Assembly: GCA_019828565.1 (NCBI GenBank)
Contig: JAHDYR010000025.1
Span: 682,001-746,000 of the forward strand
Length of the DNA stretch: 64,000 nucleotides
Reading direction: 5' to 3'
From: Carpediemonas membranifera BICM
Taxonomy: Eukaryota > Protista > Fornicata
Position numbers and translations under genes: made by a program
In this document: positions 32,979-43,616 of the stretch, piece by piece
Layout of the letters: every line of letters begins with the position of its first letter
Numbering within the stretch: position 1 is the first letter of the stretch
Notes under the pieces: generated by a model
The model's input: the letters and a program-made list of their open reading frames with translations, nothing else
Told to the model about the DNA's origin: nothing
The model's database searches: none

Positions 32979-33476
32979 TTGGCCGACTGCATTTACTGAG
33001 TTCAACCGACAACTGCATCATGCCGGGCAGCGAGTGTCAGATCACGATCAAAGTGAAGCCCGAGTGGCCGAGACGTTGGCCGCATGCTGGCATGAGTTGT
33101 ACCGGGAGACCCGGATTGAGATGGGACGCGGAAACAACGATGCGCATGCACCAGGCCAGGGGAAGACCCACGGGATCCTTTAGGACAGCTGACTCACCGC
33201 TTCAATGCTCTCATTGGCACCCCTTTCCCACTCGGTCGACTGCATCTGAGATTGATCTATTGAAAGTGCCGTCTTCTTCTCCTGGCACCAGCGCAGCCGG
33301 GCAGGGTCACTCGCCCTCAGCACCACTGTTCACCCAAGACTCTCTTTCACACTCATGCCGAGGCGCCTGTCTCTGGCCGGGGCACAGTTTCCCTGCCAGA
33401 CATGAGGCCTGGTGCATGGGGTACGGCGGGGTGCGTGTCCGACTGCAGCCGAGTTGCTTGGCAACGAACGAACGAC

Positions 33477-35013
33477 ATGAGCAATGAAGGCAAGAAGACG
33501 CGAGAGGCGCTGATCACTGCCCATCGGCTCTCAATCACGGCTACGAGCAGCATCGCAGGCGACATCCCCTCGCTCATGGCCTGCGCGTACCAGCGCCACT
33601 TCAACGAGGAGATTCCGCTCAGATCTGGCGTGCTGTCCGCATTAAGGACGTTTATCCACAATCATACAACCACAGACGCGCCGCAAGATGGCCACGATCT
33701 CGAATCACTCCTCGCCACGCTCTCAGAGATCCCCCCTCTCGAGCCATCCGCGCAAGCCCTCCTCGACCACGCCCGCTCGATCCTCACCAGCGGCCCCCTG
33801 CTGTCCATGAACGTCGAGCTCGCGGATGGCGAGGAGCTCCCCGGTCGCGCTGCACACGCTGAACCAGGGCGCGGTGTGGGCGTGTCTGGTGGGTGGCGGG
33901 GCCAACCCCGACCTCGAGGGCAGGGTGCTGAAGAAGGCTCGAGAGGAGCAGCCAGGTAAGACTAATATGCATGACAAGATCCGCAAGGCTCTCACCCCCG
34001 AGGCCAAGTGCCTCTGGTTCCTCTGCCGCAAGTTCTTCTTCTCGCTGAACGTCGCCGAGAAGGACGGCGAGAGCTATCAGTGGAATTGGCACGACATATG
34101 CCACCACCACCGCATGTACATGGGCCGACTCTTCATGCTCAGTACTGCCAACCACACCGCCCTCACCAGGGCCAGGATGCCCAGGGCCCTCGAGGTCTAC
34201 AGCGACAGGTACACCCACATCGCCAGGACGCCCAAGGGTCTGTGGGGCTGGGGGGAGAACTATTATGGTCAGCTGGGGTTCAAGTCATCTGAGTTCGTCG
34301 ACCCGACCCGCCTCACCTTCCCCGCCTGTACCAAGGTCGCCGAGCTCGAGGCCAGCCTGCCCCCTTGGGAGAAGCATACGATGGTGACTGATGTGTCGAT
34401 GAAGGGATGGCAGACGTTCATAGTCACCCCGGTCGGCACTGTCATGGCGGGCGACGAGACACGATGGTATACAGACCTTGTTCAAGAATACGATAACCGC
34501 TTCCACCCAGTCGCTGTGCCCGCTGGATTTATCCCAGATCACATCGTGCATGAATATGATATTGTCATACTCTCCATGTGCAATCGGTATGTGATCAGTG
34601 GCAATAACTGTCATGGCCAGCTGGGACTCGGGCACGAGAATGATATGGCTGGCTTCGAGGAGCTTCCTTTCAGAGTCGACCGGATCATGCCATCTCATTC
34701 CTTCCATGTCTTCCTCAGCAGCCGTCAGCTGCTGTTCGCCGGGCAAGTCCTCTCTCATATCGTCCAGTCTGGCCTGTTGCCAGGATACAGAGAGGGCGAC
34801 AGGTGCCTCACAGCCACCCCGCTCCGCTTCCTTGCGAGGGTCAAGGGGTTCTTTTGTGACCAGTTGACTCTCGTCTGGGTCAATGAGGGCAGCACTCATC
34901 TGTGTGATTACGACAAGCAGTGCTCTGTGCCCTTTGAGGCGACAGCACTTGGCAGTAAAGTAGGACTCTCAATCGTCTATAGCAGACTTCATTTGGAGCG
35001 GGTGCAGTTTTAG
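33477..35013 (+). CDS. RCC1-like family copy B (extra C at ~33840)
   Basis: Otherwise the same translation as copy A. Confidence 0.8.
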
Positions 35014-35041
35014 CCTCGCAGCAGTCGCTTGTGCGAGGAGA

Positions 35042-35812
35042 ATGAACGAGTTTGAGCGCTATGAGCGTCAGGTTCTCGTTCCCCAGATAGGAAAGGATGG
35101 CCAGAAGCTCCTTTCCGAGGCTAAGGTCTTGATCATCGGCGCTGGTGGCCTCGGCACCCCCGTGATTCAGTACCTCGCTGGCATGGGCGTTGGAGCCATT
35201 ACAATCGTCGATCACGATACAGTAAGTATCACAAACCTCCACCGCCAAGTGATCCACGGCGAGTCCTCCGTCGGCGTGAACAAGGCTGAGAACGCCGCTG
35301 CTGTCGTCCGAAACATCAACAGCGACATCACCGTTGCCGTACACACTGGCCCAGTCACACCAGACACAATGGGCTCCCTTGCAGCGGGCCACACGGTCAT
35401 CGTCGACTGCTCCGACAACCTCCCCACCCGCTACCTCGTTGACCGGACCGCCTCGGCCCTTGGCCTGCCCCTCGTGCAGGGGACATGCCTCAGGACCGCG
35501 GGCCAGGTGTCGGTGTTCAACTACCCGCCCGGTGTGGGCCCACGGTACGCAGACGTCTTCCCTCGGCCGCCCCAGCCCGATAAGGTCACCACTGCCTCAG
35601 TCTCGGGCGTGTTCCCCCCTGCTTGCGGCGTTGTGGGCAGCTACATGGCCAGTGAAGTGGTCAAGGTTGTTCTCAAGAGCGAGGGCGTGCTTGCTGGCAG
35701 GATGCTGTCCGTCGACCTGTGGTGGGGCGAGTGCCGGGTCGTGCAGCTCAAGGCACGCGGTCAGGGCGAGGTGGAGGTGGCAGGTGGGTATCCCAACACG
35801 CCATGGGAGTAG
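35042..35812 (+). CDS. MoeB/Uba4-like adenylyltransferase (copy 2)
   Basis: Same translation as 29591-30361. Confidence 0.9.
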   Translation: MNEFERYERQVLVPQIGKDGQKLLSEAKVLIIGAGGLGTPVIQYLAGMGVGAITIVDHDTVSITNLHRQVIHGESSVGVNKAENAAAVVRNINSDITVAVHTGPVTPDTMGSLAAGHTVIVDCSDNLPTRYLVDRTASALGLPLVQGTCLRTAGQVSVFNYPPGVGPRYADVFPRPPQPDKVTTASVSGVFPPACGVVGSYMASEVVKVVLKSEGVLAGRMLSVDLWWGECRVVQLKARGQGEVEVAGGYPNTPWE

Positions 35813-35958
35813 GCCTTGGCCTTGTTGATTTTATGACGTGTGGGGCCGAGGCTCCGCGGGTAATGGTAAATTTAGTCATTAATACTTGAACACTAGCCTA
35901 GCACACCCTGGGGCAAGGGTGGCGGCCATCAGCAAGGGTTGGCCTTATCGCGCGCACG

Positions 35959-37066
35959 ATGAACACCTCGGCGCGGAAGAACTTCTTTCACATCGCAGCG
36001 GGGTATACAGATGATGCAGGCGGTTGCTATCCCACAGTATCATCCATGCGATCCGCATATTGCCATCTCTTCCGTGCTAACCGCAATTACCTCAAACACT
36101 ACAAAATGCGTACTCTCAAAGGCGTGAAGACCATCAACGCCTTCGATACGATCCCAACAGGTACCGGTGCGATCATATCCGACAACACGGGCATCTACTA
36201 CCACCCCATCGGTGCCCCCGACGAGCTCCACCGCTCAACCCTCGTCTCCATCCCCGCCGCAGAGCTCTACGCGGACTGGCCCAACAGGAAGGTGGTCTCC
36301 CTACGCAGTGACCGGCGCGGCCTCCTCTTGGTGGACATGGAGACCGGCGCGGTCACTCAGCACCGCGAGGACACGTCGATACGGTCTCTCCTGTCGTCAG
36401 CGGACGGCCACGGGTACTTCATTGCCAATGGCAAGCTATGCAGACTCGACCCACGAAAGGCGGAGGTCTGCGCGACGTTCACTGTGGAGCAGCGTGCGAA
36501 GGGCACTTTCGGGGCGGCTTCGAGTCGGTCTGCCTTGTCGGCTGCCGTGACGGACAACATCGCGGCTGTTTCGATGAGTGATGACTCGCTATGTCTCTTC
36601 GACCTCCGGAAGTCCGGAGTCCTGACCAGCCTGCCCATGCCGGAACCTTTTTCGCGCACCGCTTTTTCTGGCAACACACTTTTTATGCGTCGGCAAGCGA
36701 TCTGGCACAATCGACTTAGCCCAACCCCGGCCCACGTTCGAGGCCGTCGCAGAGACCCCCGTCATCACCATGGGCGACAACGGCGTCGTCCTCGCCGACC
36801 CATCCCGACCCTGGCGGCCTCCAGTGACTCTATCCCACGGCCCGCAGCCCCTAGCATTGCCCGCCGTTCCCCAGGTCCGGGGTGACCTGGCGCTGCTGCC
36901 CGTGGGCAAGAGTACCGAGGTGTTCACCACTGCGGCCGGGCTAAGGCGGGTTGGGTGTGTCGCTGGCGTTGCTGCGATTGCCGAGGCTGAGAATGGAGTG
37001 CTTACATGCGACCCCCTGGGGCAACTCGGCTTCGGGCGAGTGACTCGTCGCTTTGTCATGCGGTGA
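35959..37066 (+). CDS. WD40-like protein (copy 2; frameshift in T run ~36682)
   Basis: Duplicate of 30508-31615. Confidence 0.6.
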
Positions 37067-37440
37067 GCAGGTCGGGCCAGTCAGAGTTCACGACGGCCTG
37101 TCTGACAGCTCTCCAGGGCCGGGTCGAGTCAGTGGTTTTGGTGGCACGCTTTGGGTGGAGATCAACGTGCTGGGTACATCTACACAGTTGCCCAGTTGTG
37201 TATAAAGGACTCACACCACGTGGTTGACATAGACAATCTCGTCGGCCCGAAGCACGAAGAGGAGCTCGTCCATGCTGCTGACATCCATCGCCATGGGCTC
37301 TCCGAACGTCGGCATGTCGACGTTCCTTGCCTCCTCGGTGCAGCACTCCTCTTTTGGAATGTGCAGAATAAGGAATAGCCAAACGACATTTTGTCGTTCG
37401 AAATGATGAAAGATCAAATCGGGAGCTGAATCAAACAGAA

Positions 37441-38430
37441 ATGAAGCACTTATTTATTGCTTTAGCAGTATTCGCGACGTTTACGTCCTCAGCTTGTCTT
37501 GATCTCCCAAATTCATTCGATGCCCGCAAGAAATGGGGCTCCTCCTGTCCTGTGTTGCATGACATCAAAACTCAGGAACACTGCGGATCTTGTGCCTTTC
37601 TTAGCATTGCACAAGTTGTATCCGATCGCCACTGCATCGCCACCGGCAGCTCCATTCCCTTTTCCGCCCAGTGGCTGATGTCCTGCGTGGACTATGAAAA
37701 AGAGCCTGACTGGGTACCTTGCAATGGAATTCCGGGAAACATGGTGTTTGACGCCGTGGTTGAGCACGGGATGGTCCCAGAGACCTGCCTTCCATACAGC
37801 TCGAACGACTGGGTGACTCCCGCCTGCCCCGCGACTTGCAACGACGGTACCGCATTCAACAAGCGCACATACACGATCAAAGAGTACGGCATTATTGACA
37901 GTGCCTCTGATGACATTGTGACTGCCATCCAGGAGGAGATCTTCCTCCGCGGGCCGCTGTTCGTGGCCATAGATGTGTACTCCGACTTCAATGACTATGA
38001 GACTGGCGTATACACCTGCAACCAGCATTCAGACGAGGAACCGGGCGCACACGCCGTTCGAATCGTCGGCTGGGGCGTCGAGGACGGCATCCCATACTGG
38101 CTCTGCACCAACACCTGGGGCCGGGAGTGGGGCAGCGATGGCGCGTTCAAGATCCGCCGTGGCGTGAATGAGTGTGGGATCGAGGGAGGTTTCAGCGCCT
38201 TCCCGATCTTCGACCGCAGTGGCTGGGCTCTGGCGAGGATGTGGGCAGGCAAGCTGGTGTCAGGCGTTTCATTCCTAATCGCTGGCCTTCAGTTCTGCAG
38301 CGATGTTCTCTCGGTGAAGCCGTTGGCTGCGGTGTCCCTCCGTTCCCGTCGCAAGGATTTGTGTGAGAGCAAGGAGAAATCCGAGTACGCTGGTCGCGGG
38401 CATCGAGCTATCGACTTAAAGATGGATTGA
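37441..38430 (+). CDS. Cathepsin B-like protease (copy 2, intact, 329 aa)
   Basis: Signal peptide, oxyanion Gln and catalytic Cys/His/Asn present. Confidence 0.92.
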   Translation: MKHLFIALAVFATFTSSACLDLPNSFDARKKWGSSCPVLHDIKTQEHCGSCAFLSIAQVVSDRHCIATGSSIPFSAQWLMSCVDYEKEPDWVPCNGIPGNMVFDAVVEHGMVPETCLPYSSNDWVTPACPATCNDGTAFNKRTYTIKEYGIIDSASDDIVTAIQEEIFLRGPLFVAIDVYSDFNDYETGVYTCNQHSDEEPGAHAVRIVGWGVEDGIPYWLCTNTWGREWGSDGAFKIRRGVNECGIEGGFSAFPIFDRSGWALARMWAGKLVSGVSFLIAGLQFCSDVLSVKPLAAVSLRSRRKDLCESKEKSEYAGRGHRAIDLKMD

Positions 38431-38928
38431 TTGGCCGACTGCATTTACTGAGTTCAACCGACAACTGCATCATGCCGGGCAGCGAGTGTCAGATCACGAT
38501 CAAAGTGAAGCCCGAGTGGCCGAGACGTTGGCCGCATGCTGGCATGAGTTGTACCGGGAGACCCGGATTGAGATGGGACGCGGAAACAACGATGCGCATG
38601 CACCAGGCCAGGGGAAGACCCACGGGATCCTTTAGGACAGCTGACTCACCGCTTCAATGCTCTCATTGGCACCCCTTTCCCACTCGGTCGACTGCATCTG
38701 AGATTGATCTATTGAAAGTGCCGTCTTCTTCTCCTGGCACCAGCGCAGCCGGGCAGGGTCACTCGCCCTCAGCACCACTGTTCACCCAAGACTCTCTTTC
38801 ACACTCATGCCGAGGCGCCTGTCTCTGGCCGGGGCACAGTTTCCCTGCCAGACATGAGGCCTGGTGCATGGGGTACGGCGGGGTGCGTGTCCGACTGCAG
38901 CCGAGTTGCTTGGCAACGAACGAACGAC

Positions 38929-40589
38929 ATGAGCAATGAAGGCAAGAAGACGCGAGAGGCGCTGATCACTGCCCATCGGCTCTCAATCACGGCTACGAGC
39001 AGCATCGCAGGCGACATCCCCTCGCTCATGGCCTGCGCGTACCAGCGCCACTTCAACGAGGAGATTCCGCTCAGATCTGGCGTGCTGTCCGCATTAAGGA
39101 CGTTTATCCACAATCATACAACCACAGACGCGCCGCAAGATGGCCACGATCTCGAATCACTCCTCGCCACGCTCTCAGAGATCCCCCCTCTCGAGCCATC
39201 CGCTCAAGCCCTCCTCGACCGCGCCCGCTCGATCCTCACCAGCGGCCCCCTGCTGTCCATGAACGTCGAGCTCGCGGATGGCGAGAGCTCCCGGTCGCGC
39301 TGCACACGCTGAACCAGGGCGCGGTGTGGGCGTGTCTGGTGGGTGGCGGGGCCAACCCCGACCTCGAGGGCAGGGTGCTGAAGAAGGCTCGAGAGGAGCA
39401 GCCAGGTAAGACTAATATGCATGACAAGATCCGCAAGGCTCTCACCCCCGAGGCCAAGTGCCTCTGGTTCCTCTGCCGCAAGTTCTTCTTCTCGCTGAAC
39501 GTCGCCGAGAAGGACGGCGAGAGCTATCAGTGGAATTGGCACGACATATGCCACCACCACCGCATGTACATGGGCCGACTCTTCATGCTCAGTACTGCCA
39601 ACCACACCGCCCTCACCAGGGCCAGGATGCCCAGGGCCCTCGAGGTCGAGAGCAACGTGATCACCCACATCGCCAGGACGCCCAAGGGCATGTGGAGATG
39701 GGGGTATAGCGGAAATGGCCAGCTGGGGTTCAAGTCATCTGAGTTCGTCGACCCGACCCGCCTCACCTTCCCCGCCTGTACCAAGGTCGCCGAGCTCGAG
39801 GCCAGCCTGCCCCCTTGGGAGAAGCATACGATGGTGACTGATGTGTCGATGAAGGGATGGCAGACGTTCATAGTCACCCCGGTCGGCACTGTCATGGCGG
39901 GCGACGAGACACGATGGTATACAGACCTTGTTCAAGAATACGATAACCGCTTCCACCCAGTCGCTGTGCCCGCTGGATTTATCCCAGATCACATCGTGCA
40001 TGAATATGATATTGTCATACTCTCCATGTGCAATCGGTATGTGATCAGTGGCAATAACTGTCATGGCCAGCTGGGACTCGGGCACGAGAATGATATGGCT
40101 GGCTTCGAGGAGCTTCCTTTCAGAGTCGACCGGATCATGCCATCTCATTCCTTCCATGTCTTCCTCAGCAGCCGTCAGCTGCTGTTCGCCGGGCAAGTCC
40201 TCTCTCATATCGTCCAGTCTGGCCTGCTGCCAGGATACAGAGAGGGCGACAGGTGCCTCACAGCCACCCCGCTCCGCTTCCTTGCGAGGGTCAAGGGGTT
40301 CTTTTGTGACCAGTTGACTCTCGTCTGGGTCAATGAGGGCAGCACTCATCTGTGTGATTACGACAAGCAGTGCTCTGTGCCCTTTGAGGCGACAGCACTT
40401 GGCAGAAGAATGTCAGGTGGCCAGTGTGTCCATTCGTTCCGCGACCCCACCGACCAGTGGCTCAAAGTGGGCAGAGTGTCAGATGGGGTGGCTGAGCTGG
40501 TCGCGTGTGTGCCGCCATCTTCTCGAGAAGAGCGTGAGATTACCCCAGTCGACGTCGACCCGTGGACCCCGGCCGAGACGGGCATCTGA
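38929..40589 (+). CDS. RCC1-like family copy C (1-nt deletion ~39284; retains the family C-terminus)
   Basis: Near-identical to A/B except patch 39648-39719 and the C-terminus, which resembles copy D. Confidence 0.8.
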
Positions 40590-40691
40590 ATGAGCCTTCA
40601 GACGCTGGAGCGCCTGAAGCGTGGTTGGCATAAAAGAACTCATCAAACCCAGTTTGCTTTATAGCTGACGCGTGCATGCAGGAAGAGTCAC

Positions 40692-42372
40692 TCACACCAC
40701 GTGGTTGACAGGCACAATCTCGTCGGCCCGAAGCACGAAGAGGAGCTCGTCCATGCTGCTGTCATCCATCGCCATGGGCTCTCCGAACGTCGGCATGTCG
40801 ACGTTCCATTCCTCCTTAACGCACCACCAAACTGCTTCGCTGTCTCTGAAGAACCGGTCGCCGTCTTCCTCGCCACGTGCCGCTGCAGTCACCCCCGTGG
40901 CCTCGAAGGGGAGGCTGTATGTGACCGTATCGGGTGCAGGGGGGACGCTGCAGTTGTTGTCGAGGGTCACCTCGGTGCGGCCCTCGTAAACACAGTAGAC
41001 TGCGATGCTCGTGCACCAGAAGCGCTTCACGGTCTCCGGGAACGTCAGCTCGGTCAGCGGCATCACTATCTCCCCGTCTTCCATCCGGTGAAGCCCGTCG
41101 TTGCACTCAAGGTGGAGGAAGTGGCGGAACACGGTGTGTAGCTCCCCGAGCTCGCGGTACTGGGGCACGACCCCCGCGTAACACACCCGGCCGCCGAGCA
41201 CAAAGACGTTGAAGCCCTGCCCCTGGCTGTCTCCGGCAAATCCCTCGAACGGCAGGGGGGAACTTCTTGTAATGCCGGACGGGATCCTGCCGATACCCCA
41301 GCTGCTGGCCAAAGCCGAGCTCCCCGCGCTCGTTGTATCCAGTGATCATATGGGTCGTTTCTGAGGAGAACACATCGACGTAGCGCGTCATGCGGGCTTT
41401 CGTGGGTATGAAGGAGGGTGGCATGTCGTGAGCGGTCAAGAAGAAGGGTTCTCCGGGTAATGTGAAGCACGCGCCAACTGGTGTGCACAAGAGAGCGTGC
41501 TTCCTCACCTGCAGGTCGACCACGATTCGATTCTTGTGCCAGACGGGCAGACTGTCGTAAAAGGACGCGACAGCGCTGTTGCAGTGGCGGAACTCCATCA
41601 GTCTTGGGGCAAGATCCTCATTGCGACCCTCGTCTTCGTTATGGGCGATACTCCAGAGGTAAAGTCCCTTTGATGTGACCAAAACGGGCCAGTCCATCGG
41701 CTTGGCGGACATCTCGACTGCCAAGACGGCCGGGACGCGGACACGGGTGTACTTGAAGTAGCTGTGGGCATACTCGGGCAACTGTACGTGACCTTCTTTG
41801 ACGAAGAGGCGGCCGGAGTACAAGCGCGAGCAGGGCCATTTGGCTGACTGCCAGCCGTCCTTCTCCGACATCTGATGGGCGAAGTAGAACTTCTTGCACA
41901 TGAACCAGAGGTGTCTAGCCTTAGCAGTGTACTGATCTCTCTTTCTGGCGGGGGCCCGATGACGGAGCTTGCTGGGGGTGAAGTCCGGGTCGGCGATGCC
42001 GCACATGAGGATCGCCCACACAGTGCCCTGGAGCAGCGTGTGCAGTGCTACGGGGAGGCCTTGGCCCTCCTTCAGCTCGATATTCATGGAGAGCGCTGCG
42101 CCGTCGGTCAATACTGTGCAAGCTCGGTCAATAGATGCTTGGGCCTCTGGGTTAAAGCCTTTGAGCGCCTCAAGCGTGGCTACAAGATCGCTCTTTGACA
42201 TATCTGTCTCGACTGCCGCAATTTTCTTCGGGAAACGGGCTTTGAACTGTGCTTCATAGGCTGCCGTGAGGAAGCCGGGAATGTTGCCGGGAAGGTCCCG
42301 TGTGACGGTACTAGCAATACTATACAACTCAACAAGTTCATCTTTGCTTATCTCTGGCGCTTTAGCTGTCAT
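40692..42372 (-). CDS. Divergent member of the same RCC1-like superfamily (frameshift at G run ~41257)
   Basis: Shares LPVALHTL.QG.VWA.L..G.A.PD and LWF.C.KF.F...EKDG; TGYNERGELGFG; LPFEAT. Confidence 0.75.
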
Positions 42373-43328
42373 TTCCGCGTGGTTTGTGCAAATCTGTGTA
42401 GTCTTCTCACAGGGACGTCAAGTCCCAAAGTCGTCAAAAGTCGACAGGTCAACTCTGGTCAGAGTCGCGGTTGGGGCATTCCAGCTTCATTTAGGCCGTT
42501 TCTCTTTTTCTCAACCCATTTTGTTCAAGCAATGCGCCCGTCAACGCAACGGCATCCGGGGGCGGGTGTGTGTGCTTAGAAGAACGGGCTTTTTGGGCAG
42601 TCGAGTTTGCCCCAGTCGAGACGGATCATGTCTCCTCTCTTGCAGACTCGACCCAGCCCGGAGCTTCCTGACACCACTAAATGGCTTGTGTGACTCGGCT
42701 GCTTCTGTCCGGGAGTCGATGCCCAGCAGTCATATCTTGCTCAAGATATCATGGCATGCCGCGTTGGGAAGACCACTGGCCGCCCTGCTATCGTTGAGTT
42801 GGTTGTTGATACTGTTGGCAGGAGAAGGTGCAACTCCCATCATATGGCTATCACTCTGGCCAAGTGCTCGCAGAAGTACGGTTGCGGGCACTAGCGCAGC
42901 CGGGCAGGGTCACGGAGGAATGGCTGGTTTCAGCCGGCCGCTTGTGATACGACGTAAGTTCTGGTTTTCGTGTACAAGCGTGCCCAATAAATAGAACCCT
43001 GCCTCGCTTAGCCATGCAGTGAATCCAAACGTACAAGGAGTGTCATGCCCGTCTGTCGAGGCTTGAGAGATCAATGCTGACCCGCTTCATCTGGCTGGGT
43101 CGGGACCCCCTCGCCATGCCCGAGGTGACCAGCACGGCCGTCCCAGACGACACCTGCTGGATGGCAGTGCCGGAAATAGAGGTAGACGAGGCGCGCTAGA
43201 GGCATACCGGTGCTGCCTCTTCACTGAAACCACAGCTGTAACAAGCGTCTGCGATCACTCCCAAAAGGGAATTACATAATTACATAAAGGACCTGACACG
43301 GTTTAAAAAACATCTATATACACACCGC

Positions 43329-43574
43329 TCACGTGCTCCAGATCTTGACGCTGCCGTCGCTGCTCGCGGTGTACAGAAGTGTCCGCATCGCGTCGCTGTG
43401 GATCCGAACAGCGTTCACCGCGTCCACGTGCGGCGACGAGTCGAGCGTGCTGATCGAGTTCTGCTCGCCCTCGAGGTTGAGCACGCGGATCTCGTTGGCG
43501 TTAGTGCCGACGACGACAGTCCGCTCAGAGAAGTCGGAGACGCCTCGGACCCAACCCACAGCATCGGAGGACAT
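43329..43574 (-). other. WD40 repeat segment in frame behind the ASCC3 stop codon
   Basis: HVDAVNAVRI...LLYTASSDGSVKIW; 14 open codons separate it from the TGA at 43617-43619. Confidence 0.6.
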
Positions 43575-43616
43575 CCTCGATCCCCGCGAGACTGAGCCAA
43601 CACCCCAATCCTTTAC

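Larger units (their letters stand above)
27990..38891. repeat. Tandem duplication of two near-identical ~5.45-kb units (27990-33439, 33440-38891); homology continues into a third RCC1-like copy to ~40405
   Basis: ORFs recur at an offset of 5450-5452; differences seen are single-base homopolymer indels. Confidence 0.95.

Noticed and set aside
30508-38430. Pseudogenisation of the duplicated WD40, cathepsin and RCC1-like genes
   Set aside because: Single-base homopolymer indels are complementary between copies, typical of consensus error
39648-39719. Diversity-generating retroelement (TR/VR) acting on RCC1-like genes
   Set aside because: Substitutions are not adenine-specific, there is no template repeat, and the only RTs are Gypsy-type
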